Shown: positions 24,896-34,902 of the stretch, piece after piece | Position numbering within the stretch: the stretch's first letter is position 1 | Layout: each line of letters starts with the position of its first letter | Origin: Azolla caroliniana | Lineage: Eukaryota > Plantae > Polypodiophyta | Reading direction: 5' to 3' | Assembly: GCA_043228905.1 (NCBI GenBank) | Contig: JBHGNT010000003.1 | Span: 21,886,001-21,950,000, forward strand | DNA: 64,000 nucleotides | Notes under the pieces: model-generated | What the model was told of the DNA's origin: nothing | Seen by the model: only the letters and a program-made list of their open reading frames with translations | The model's database searches: none | Made by a program: the position numbers and the translations under genes

Positions 24896-24967
24896 GCCTC
24901 TATAGCTCAGTGGTAGAGCGTCAGTCTTGTAAACTGAAGGTCTTGAGTTCAATCCTCAGTGGGGGCA
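24896..24967 (+). tRNA. tRNA-Thr(UGU), consensus copy
   Basis: Identical to the 18603 copy. Confidence 0.85.
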
Positions 24968-25383
24968 TATGTCAACAAGTGTCTTCACTTCTATAGCTCA
25001 ATGGTCTTGCTAAGTGAACTAAAGTTTTGAATTCAATCCTAAGTAGGCACATATTTCAATAATGTATTTTGTCATCTGTTTACAACACTTTCAATGTTCT
25101 AAAAAGCATCTTGTAAGAGCTTTTGTAGAAGGTTAAGTTCTACCCTTAGTGGGGGCATATGTTCAAAAGTATGTTTTTGTATACCTTGACGCATTGACTA
25201 ATAAGGAAGAAGAAAGATTGTTGGTTTAGTCTTGCGTTCAATCCTCCATGGGGCAATTTGTCATGAAGAACGTAAGCGTGCAAACAATACCATATTATTA
25301 AGCTTGAACATCATAAAATGTCAACAACGAGTGCAATCTTAAATAAATCAACAAATACATAAAGACATCTATGAAAATCCATA

Positions 25384-25455
25384 GCCTCTATAGCTCAGTG
25401 GTAGAGCGCCAGTCTTGTAAACTGAAGGTCTTGAGTTCAATCCTCAGTGGGGGCA
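25384..25455 (+). tRNA. tRNA-Thr(UGU) variant
   Basis: Single T27>C, the same variant as the 20058 copy. Confidence 0.7.
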
Positions 25456-25870
25456 TATGTCAACAAGTGTCTTCGCTTCTATAGCTCAATGGTCTTGTTA
25501 ATTGAAATGAAGTCTTGAGTTCAATCCTGAGTAGGCGCATATTTCAATAATGTGTTCTGTTATCTATTTACAACACTTTCAGTTCTGTAAAAAGCATCTT
25601 GTAAGAGCTTTTGTAGAACGTTAAGTTCTACCCTTAGTGGGGGCATATGTTCAAAAATGGTTTTTGTATACCTTGACGCATTGACTAATAAGGAACAAGC
25701 AAGATTGTTGGTTGAGTCTTGCGTTCAATCCTCCATGGGGCCATATGTCATGAAGAACATAAGCGTGCAAACAATACCATATTATTAACGTTGAACGTCA
25801 TAAAATGTCAACAACGAGTGCGATCTTAAATAAATCAACAAATACATAAAGACATCTACGAAAATCCATA

Positions 25871-25942
25871 GCTTCTATAGCTCAGTGGTAGAGCGTCAGT
25901 CTTGTAAACTGAAGGTCTTGATTTCAATCCTCAGTGGGGGCA
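25871..25942 (+). pseudogene. tRNA-Thr(UGU) damaged copy
   Basis: G53>T and C3>T. Confidence 0.6.
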
Positions 25943-26351
25943 ACAAGTGTCTTCGCTTCTATAGCTCAATGGTATTGTTAAGTGAAATGAAGTTTTGAGT
26001 TCAATCCTAAGTAGGCGCATATTTCAATAATGTGTTCTGTTATCTGTTTACAACACTTTCAGTTCTGTAAAAAGCATCTTGTAAGAGCTTTTGTAGAAGG
26101 TTAAGTTCTACCCTTAGTGGGGGCATATGTTCAAAACTGTGTTTTTGTATACCTTGACGCATTGACTAGTAAGGAACAAGCAAGATTGTTCGTTGAGTCT
26201 TGCGTTCAATCCTCCATGGGGCCATATGTCATGAAGAACGTAAGCGTGCAAACAATACCATATTATTAACGTTGAACGTCATAAAATGTCAACAACGAGT
26301 GCGATCTTAAATAAATCAACAAATAGATAAAGACATCTATAAAAATCCATA

Positions 26352-26423
26352 GCCTCTATAGCTCAGTGGTAGAGCGTCAGTCTTGTAAACTGAAGGTCTT
26401 GAGTTCAATCCTCAGTGGGGGCA
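26352..26423 (+). tRNA. tRNA-Thr(UGU), consensus copy
   Basis: Identical to the 18603 copy. Confidence 0.85.
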
Positions 26424-26837
26424 TATGTCTACAAGTGTCTTCGCTTCTATAGCTCAGTCATCTTGTTAAGTGAAATGAAGTATTGAGTTCAATTCTATGT
26501 AGGGGCATACGTCAATAATGTTATGTCATCTATTGACAACACTTTCAGTGCTCTAAAAAGTATCTTGTCAGAGCTTTCGTAGAAGGTTATGTTCTACCCT
26601 TAGTGGGGAAATATGTTCAAAAGTGTTCTTTTGTATACCTTGACACATTGACTAATAAGCAACAAGCAAGATTGTTGGTTGAATCTTGCGTTCAATCCTC
26701 CATAGGGCCATATGTCATGAAGAACGTAAGCGTGCAAACAATACCATATTATTAACATTGAACGTCATAAAATGTCAACAACGAGTGCGATCTTAAATAA
26801 ATCAACAAATAGATAAAGACATCTACGAAAATCCATA

Positions 26838-26909
26838 GCCTCTATAGCTCAATGGTAGAGCGGTAGTCTTGTAAACTGAAGGTCTTGAGTTCAATCCTCA
26901 GTGGGGGCA
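26838..26909 (+). tRNA. tRNA-Thr(UGU) variant, probably impaired
   Basis: Anticodon stem 5' strand reads GTAGT; D-loop G>A. Confidence 0.5.
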
Positions 26910-27326
26910 TATGTCAACAAGTGTCTTCGCTTCTATAGCTCAATGGTCTTGTTAAGTGAGATGAAGTCTTGAGTTCAATCCTAAGTAGGCGCATATTTCA
27001 ATAATGTGTCCTGTCATCTATTTACAACACTTTCAGTGCTCTAAAAAGCATCTTGTAAGAAAATTTGTAGAAGGTTAAGTTCTACCCTTAGGTGGGGCAT
27101 ATGTTCAAAAGTGTGTTTTTGTATACCTTGACGCATTGACTAATAAGGAATAAGCAAGATTGTTGGTTGAGGTCTTGCGTTCAATCCTCCATGGGGCCAT
27201 ATGTCATGAAGAACATAAGCCTGCAAACAGTAATATATTATTAAGGTTGAACATCATAAAATGTCAACAACGAGTGCGATCTTAAATAAATCAACAAATA
27301 GATAAAGACATCTACGAAAATCCATA

Positions 27327-27398
27327 GCCTCTATAGTTCAATGGTGGAGCGTTAGTCTTGTAAACTGAAGGTCTTGAGTTCAATCCTCAGTGGGGGCA
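27327..27398 (+). tRNA. tRNA-Thr(UGU) variant, probably impaired
   Basis: Several D-arm and anticodon-stem transitions. Confidence 0.45.
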
Positions 27399-28520
27399 TA
27401 TGTCAAAAAGTGTCTTCACTTCTGTAGCTTAGTGGCCTTGTAAAGTGAAATGAAGGTCTTGATTTCAATCCTAAGTGGGGGCATATGTCAATAATGTTTT
27501 CTATCATCTGTTGACACTTTCAGTGCTCTTAAAAGTATCTTGTCAGGTCTTTAGTAGAAGGTTATGTTCTACCCTTAGTGGGGGTATATGTTTAAAATTT
27601 TGTTTTTGTATACCTTGACGCATTGACTAATAAGCTGACGCGAAATATGCGGAATTTTACTTGGCCATAACCAAGTCTCAGATCGTGTCGTTTAGAATTG
27701 AATACCGAGAATGGGAATGGAGGTGAATACACGTACACACAAACAATATGAGAGAGGGTACACAATATGTTAACGTGGAATGCCCTAAATGGGAAAAACC
27801 ACGGGAGCCCACAGACTCCAAACTATCACTATGTCAAAGAATACAACAGGGGGCACATAGGCAACGACCTCGTTGTCGTGAAGAAAACCGTCCACAAGCG
27901 GAATCGGTGCACCGGAGTGTAGGAACCGGCTCTTCATGCACGTGCGCCTTATGTTGTACATAGGAGATCCTAGGCAGGTAGATTCGGTAGGTAGGAAGTA
28001 AAGGGGAAACGGCTCCTTCCTTGCCTATAAAAGGAGGGAGACGAGGAGAGGCGAAGGATCGCGGAGAGTCGAGGACGAAGCGTTGTCGGTTTGTAGGCGA
28101 AGGCTTCTCTCTCTCTCTGGCTCGCAAACTCCGTGGCTGCTTTCTGTGCAGGGTTTCGGGAGGCTCGCGCTGCTCTAAGGAATGCCCGAGTGCTTCCGGC
28201 AGCACCTCCAACCTACTCTTTCCTCTCTGTGCGTTTACGAACAGGCATCGGCATCTGTCCGCCGGCCTGTTCGGTTGTAACAGACTTCGTGCTTCTTATT
28301 GTTTGTTTGTTAATATATATATTTACATACATTCGTGTCTCTCTGTGTCACTATCGCACTCGCGTCTCTGTGTCGAAGGGATGTGTCCCTGTGAATCTAC
28401 TCGCACCTTGTGGGTCTCTTCCCCTCTCCTTTTCTCTCCTGCTCTTCGGTACAAGACCCCCGAGGTACCGCCTCGTTCCACGCATCCGCGAGGAATACCT
28501 CGACATCTTGGTGAATCGAC

Positions 28521-30674
28521 GTGAAGGAGGCGGCAGAAGAGCAGAAGATGAAAGGGTCGGATCTTGCGGAGGCCATGGCTTCGGCCGTGGATCGGATATT
28601 GAGCGCACGCGAGGGCTCCGGCGCCCTCGACAGAGCCATTGAGGCAGTCGTCGGTAGGATCGGCCGGTTCAGCGGAAAGGATGCCACGAAGTATTTGGCG
28701 TCCTACGGGGCAGAAATGCTGATGCGGGACATTCCGAAAGAGAGGCGTCTTGCCGGGTTCCCTCGAATTGCGATGCCGAGCATCCATGCGGAGGTGCTCG
28801 AGGTACGGGCGGAGAGCCGTACCTGGGAGGAGTTCGAAGGCCGACTCCTAGAGAAATACGGGCTAGACGACGCACTCCGGGTTTCGAAACGGGACTTCAT
28901 GGAATGGGTGGAGTTCCCCGGCAAGGGAAGAAACGCGTCGGCACTCCTTCGGGAGTTCGAAGAACGCTTTGTGCGCCTTTCAGCGCTTGACCGAACCGTT
29001 CTGGATACGAGCCGGGTCCTACTGTTCGTCAAGCCGATGGACGAGCGGGACCGGGATCAAGTCGGCTCCTTACTGGAAACCGAAGACGGGCTGACGACCG
29101 ACTGGGCTGCGGTTAAGAGAGTCTGTGGCCGTTTCGACAAACGACGAGAATGGGCTGACAACGGGGCGGCTGTTGCGGGCTCTATCACAGCAAGGAGGCT
29201 TGAACCGGCACCACAAGGGCGAAGGGAAGAAACCCGGGAATGGCTCGAAACCGGTCCGGCTTCGACCGGCATGGTCAGTGGCTCGTCCGGAGGAGCAGCG
29301 CTGGAGGAGTTGACGCGGGCGATAAAGGATCTTCAGATCGCCCAGACTCGAAGGGAAGGCGGCGAACCGACTCGTGACCGACGGCCGGTAGCAGGGAACA
29401 GGTGCATGTGGTGCGACGAGGCCGGCCACATCCGGAAGGACTGCGGCGATTTCGTAGAAGCGTTTAGGAACCGGGTGGTGTACCTGTGGGAAGGCCGGGT
29501 GCACGCCGGCGACACCAGAAGGGCCCTAAACCGAAACGACGGGCGAGGAGGAATGAAGAGACTGATGGAAGAGGCAGCGGCCCAACACGAGGAGGCCATC
29601 CACTACTCGGCGTCGGCCGGCATTCGGGTCGGGGGCAGCGAGGCCTGAAAGGAGGGCAAAGACGGATTCTGGTCGGCAATGCTAGAAGTTCTTGCCGGCG
29701 CACGGCTAAGGAAAGATGAAACGGACCGCGTTGAGAGACGTGTCCGGGAAATAACCGGGTGGAGCGATCCGGTCGAAGAGAAGACGGGCTTCGTAGAAGC
29801 CGCCTGCCGGAACTATGAGGCTCTGGTAGAAGACAAACGAGTGGGGAAAGTCGGAGCGGCTGGGCCCTCACAATGGTACGAGACCCGATTCGGGCAACGA
29901 CGGAACGATGCCGGTGGGTCCAGCTCGCAAGATAACCCCAGGAAGGGCGGATACCGACTAGGGACGGAAATAGAAAGGACTACGGACCTACGAAAGATCC
30001 TAGAAGAACGGATCCTCGACAGCAAAGTGGAGCTGTCATTGCGAGAGGTGCTAGGGATCGCCAAGAAGGAGTTCCACGACTCCATTGTGGACCTGGTGAA
30101 ACGGAAGAGGCTGTCGACAGAGACGGAACCAAAAAGACCGGTGGAGGTGCGGACGACGCACATCGACGACATGGCGCTGGAAGATGAGTGGGCGGAGAGC
30201 CACTATTCGAGGCCGCACTGGGCCCAAGCGACCACGGAGACCCCGGTAAAGATCGGAGATGTTCAGGAACCGGTGGTGGCATTGGTGGACCACGGTTCGC
30301 AAATAAACCTGATGTCCATGGACTTCTATAAGAAGGGAAAGTGGCCAATCAACACCAAGCACGGGTGGAAGATACGGGCGGCGACGCGCGCCACCGAGGA
30401 ACTGCACGGGGCCTGCCCGAACGTGCGAGTCAAGATTGGCGACGTCGAGATTGACCAGCACTTCTTCGTACAGGAGACGTCCTCGCACCCGGTCATATTA
30501 GGGGAACCATACATCACGGCGGCGCGCATGGAGACCAGGATGCTAGACAACGGTTCGGCCTACGCGAGGGTCAAAAGCCAGGACAGGCACCATTCGGTCC
30601 AATTTCTGACGGTGCGACCGAACCACGAGCGAAACCGCGAATCCCTCGGTAGCGAGAACCGGGAGGATTTTTAG
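28521..30674 (+). pseudogene. gag-protease ORF of gypsy E (one internal in-frame stop at 29646-29648)
   Basis: CMWC..GH....C zinc knuckle; ALVDHGSQIN aspartic protease motif; ORFs 28521-29648 and 29679-30674 are in the same frame. Confidence 0.88.
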
Positions 30675-33600
30675 AGAGGGTTGCCAAGGCGTGGGGCCGA
30701 GACAGTCCAGACACTCGGGAAAGACCCCACAGCTGTACAATAGAACCGAAACCGAAGATACCTTGTACGATAGGTAGGAAATTTTGCTTCTCCAACGACG
30801 GAGGGTGTGTAATGGTCGGCATCGTTGGCCGAGAAAAGGCAAGGGCGGAGGAGCGACTTCGAGCGTGCGGAGTTCTTGGCCCGGACGAGGAAATTAGCGG
30901 AGCCGTGGAGGCGGTCTCCTTCGACGACACCTTGGGGATGCTGAGGAAGGTAGCCGGAGAAGACCTTAACGAAGACCAGACGATACCGGTATGTTCCGAA
31001 GAGATGTACGAAGTCATCGCGGACTTCAGTCAAGGGCTCGAGTCGGATCGGATGGCCCGAGTTAGCACGAAGTACAAGACTGTGGACCGGAAGGTAAGGC
31101 CGGTCGCGGCACCCTTACCGGAGGGCAGCGAGTCCCGAATCAGAGGGGTGGCGTCGGACCCCAGTTTACGAGATCTGGCCTGCATAGGACACACCTTCAC
31201 CGACGGGACGCTCCGGGAGCTCAAGATCGGTGGGGGCGGGTTCCTACTGCCGGCGGAGGAAGACCGGTTTCGGAGAATGCTCGGAAGGCACGAGAAAGCC
31301 TTCACATTCTCACCGGAAGAGATCGGGTGCGTAGACCCGACGATCGTGGAGCCGATGGTAATATTCACGGTACCGCATGTGCCGTGGAATCTCAAGCCGA
31401 TTCCGGTACCGAGAGCTCACATCCCGAAGTTGATGGAGCTATTGAGGCAGAAAGTAGATATGGGCATTCTCGAACCGTCGAGTGCCCCATACTCGAACCG
31501 ATGGTTTACCGTACCAAAGAAAAACGGAACGATGCGCTTCATTCAAGACCTGCAGCCGGTCAACAGAGTGACCATTCGGAACGCAGGAATCGGACCGACC
31601 ATAGACGAGTTCGCGGAGGCCTTCGCCGGAAGGTCGATTTACTCGGTCGGTGATCTATACTCGGGGTACGACCAGTTCCAGCTAGCCGTGGAGAGCAGAG
31701 ACATTACGACGATGCGAACTCCCCTCGGCCTAGTGCGAATGTGTACCTGCCACAAGGAGGGACCAACTCGGTGGCCCACATGGTGAATGCAATGAACAAG
31801 GTACTGAGGGATTGCATCCCGGACATCACCAATGCATTTCTAGACGACATCCTGATCAAGGGGTGCCCGGTGGAAGAGAAGGACGCAACACTCGGACCAG
31901 ACGGATGTCGGCGATTCGTGGCAGCACACATTGACGACTGCGAGAAGGTGCTACAAAGGCTAGAGGATGCGAGGCTCACCTTCTCCGGGGAGAAATCGGC
32001 CTTTGGGCAATCAGAAATCCTGGTGGTCAAACACCTATGTGGACCATATGGCCGGAAGCCGTCTCCGGCAAAGGTAGAAGCCATCTCCGCGATGAAGGCC
32101 GATTGTAGCTCGGTTACGGAAGTTCGGAGGTTCCTGGGGGCATGCGCGTTCTACCACATATGGATCCCGCATTACGCCCACGTTGCGGAGCCGCTATACG
32201 GGTTGCTGAAAAAGGGGCGAAAATTCGAGTGGCGAGACGAGCACACGGAGTCGGTCCGGAAGCTAAAGGAAGCTCTTGCGGCAGCACCGGCGCTCCGGAA
32301 GGCTGTCTACGAGAAGGGTACCCCGGTATACATAACGGTGGATACAAGTCCGACCGGGATCAGATGGGTCGTCAACCAAGAAGACGAGGACGGCATTCGG
32401 TTCCCGATCCGATTCGGCGCGAGGGTCCTCAGTGAGCGACAGCGAGGGTACGCCCAGGTTAAACGCGAACTCTAGGGTATCGTTTCGGCGATAAAGGCTG
32501 ACAAAGACTACTTGATCGGGACAGAAGTGATTATCGAGACGGATTGCCTACCAATTCTCGGCATGGTTTCTGGATGCGCTACACTGGACCTGGCGATGCT
32601 CAGGTGGATAGCGTACATCAAGTCCCTGGATCCGGAAATACGGCACATTTCCGGAAAGGACAACGCCATGGCCGACATGCTTTCGAGGGCGAGGTTTGAT
32701 GACGAGGGCGGCATAGTTTCGGAGGACGAAGAAGTCGGCGTGGACTTCTTCGAGGCGGCGTACGTGACGACCGATGGGACGAGCACTCTGGCACTTAACG
32801 ACTTCGACGAGAGCAAGTACGACGGCGAGTGGCTCCAGATCGGTGGATTTTTGAGGACAATGACGCCGGATGCGTCATGGACGAAGGACGAGGCCAACAG
32901 GATCCGGAAGAAAGCTTACCGATTATTTCTCCGGGACGGATACTTATGGAAGCACCCGAAGAAGAGGAACGGCGTCCCGCTCCGGGTGGTGGCGATGAAG
33001 GAAGATCAGGAGGAGCTGCTGACGGCTTACCACGACAGCCCTTGGGCTGGTCACCGTGGAACGTGGGCCACGTTCGAGAAGATAAAGGGGAAGTACTGGT
33101 GGCCGGGACTGTACCGGGACATGCATCGGTTCCTGACAACTTGCGAAAGCTGTCAGATGCACTCCGTAGTCCGACATCGGGACGAGCTTCACCCTACGTA
33201 CCCTCCAACCATCCACTTCAAATGGATGGTAGACCTGGTGACGATGCCGATGGGAGTAGGACAAATGCGGTATCTGGTCCTGGCTCGGGAAGATCTGACG
33301 AACCAGGTAGAAGGCCGAGCCCTTCAGAACAAAACGACCGCGGTCGTATGTCGGTTCTTGATCGAGGACGTGATATGCCGGTACGGGTGCGTCAGGAAGA
33401 TCGTGGCTGATCGCGGGGAGTTGGACGCCGAAGAGGCCGAGGAGCTGTTCGACCGGCTAGGAGTCAAGCTCTCGCTTACCACTGCGTACAATCCGGAGGC
33501 GAATGGGAAGGTGGAGTGCGGACACGGACCGATCGTCAAGGCGTTAGTTCGGGCATGCGGAGGTCAAGTCGAGAACTGGCCGCGGCTGTTGCCTTACGCG

Positions 33601-34167
33601 TTGTGGGCAGACCGAACTACGCACAGTTCGGTAACCGGATTCATGCCGGCAGAGCTCATGTTTGGGCAGAAGCCGATCATGTCGATGGAACGTACGATCT
33701 CCTCATGGGCAACCGTGGACTAGAGAGACAAGATGAGCCGGGAGGAACTGTTGACGGTGCGCATACGGCAGCTCGAGCGAAGACCGGAGGACGTGGAGCA
33801 GGTTGCGGAAAAGCTTCGGGTGGCAAGGACGAGGAACAAAGCCCGGTTCGACTGGACGCACCGGCTCCGACCGAAGAAGATCGAGGAAGGCGACTGGGTG
33901 CTAGTCGACGACAGCAGCCTCGACAACCAGCACCGAGCGACACGAAAGTTCGCGAGAAGGTGGTTCGGGCCTTACGTGGTACAAAGCGCCAACGACAACG
34001 GGACATACCATCTGGCGGAACTCGACGGCACGAGAATGGCGATACCGGTAGCTGGGAAGCGGATCAAAGCGTTCAAGAAGCGTCACGACGACGAGCCGGA
34101 TCCGGATAACCTGGACTGGGACGACGAACGATCCGAAACCGACGAAGAACCGACGGGCGGGGAATAA
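30671..34167 (+). pseudogene. pol (RT-RNase H-integrase) of gypsy E, in the -1 frame relative to gag-PR; disrupted
   Basis: DLYSGYDQ and FLDD RT motifs, RNase H, HHCC and DDE integrase, WFGPY motif; frameshift near 31745 and stops at 32473 and 33721. Confidence 0.9.
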
Positions 34168-34902
34168 AGGCTGGACCGGTTTTCTCTGTCCCAACTCAAT
34201 TTGGCGCATGCCGGTGGATGCGCGGTTAGGTGGGGGCGGATGTCGTGAAGAAAACCATCCACAAGCGGAATCGGTGCACCGGAGCGTAGGAACCGGCTCT
34301 TCATGCACGTGCGCCTTATGTTGTACATAGGAGATCCTAGGCAGGTAGATTCGGTAGGTAGGAAGTAAAGGGGAAACGGCTCCTTCCTTGCCTATAAAAG
34401 GAGGGAGACGAGGAGGGGCGAAGGATCGCGGAGAGTCGAGGACGAAGCGTTGTCGGTTTGTAGGCGAAGGCTTCTCTCTCTCTCTGGCTCGCAAACTCCG
34501 TGGTTGCTTTCTGTGCAGGGTTTCGGGAGGCTCGCACTACTCTGAGGAATTCCCGAGTGCTTCCGGCAGCACCTCCAACCTATTCTTTCCTCTCTGTGCG
34601 TTTACGAACAAGCATCGGCATCTGTCCGCCGGCCTGTTCGGTTGTAACAGACTTCGTGCTTCTTGTTGTTTGTTTGTTAATATATATATTTACATACATT
34701 CGTGTCTCTCTGTGTCGCTGTCGCACTCGCGTCTCTGTGTCGAAGGGCCGTGTCCCTGTGAATCTACGTTCGCACCTTGTGGGTCTCTTCCCCTCTCATT
34801 TTCTCTCCTGCTCTTCGGTACAAGACCCCCGAGGTCCCACCTCGTTCCACGCATCCGCGAGGAATACCTCGACATCGTGCTCACACTCTTCGCCTGGCGG
34901 CG

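Larger units (their letters stand above)
10921..27635 (+). repeat. Tandem array of about 479-489-bp monomers each containing a tRNA-Thr(UGU) gene (23 copies; interrupted by a copia at 11172-16732)
   Basis: tRNA starts at 11090, 17149, 17636, 18115, 18603, 19091, 19570, 20058, 20545, 21024, 21512, 22000, 22480, 22959, 23447, 23935, 24415, 24896, 25384, 25871, 26352, 26838 and 27327. Confidence 0.97.
27874..34874 (+). mobile_element. Full-length Ty3/gypsy (non-chromovirus) LTR retrotransposon E
   Basis: LTRs at 27874-28505 and 34241-34874 (TG..CA); 4-bp TSD TCGT (27870-27873, 34875-34878); Trp-type PBS at 28509; PPT at 34228-34240; domain order gag-PR-RT-RH-INT; no chromodomain visible. Confidence 0.96.

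Noticed and set aside
16738-27635. CRISPR-like array
   Set aside because: Whole 485-bp units repeat, there are no unique spacers or cas genes, and the context is eukaryotic
28021-28642. ORFs within the gypsy E LTRs and many antisense ORFs over pol
   Set aside because: Shadow frames in GC-rich TE sequence with no recognisable domains
29646-29648. Programmed gag/protease stop in gypsy E
   Set aside because: The homologous region in element B (8754-9254) reads through, so this is probably a mutation
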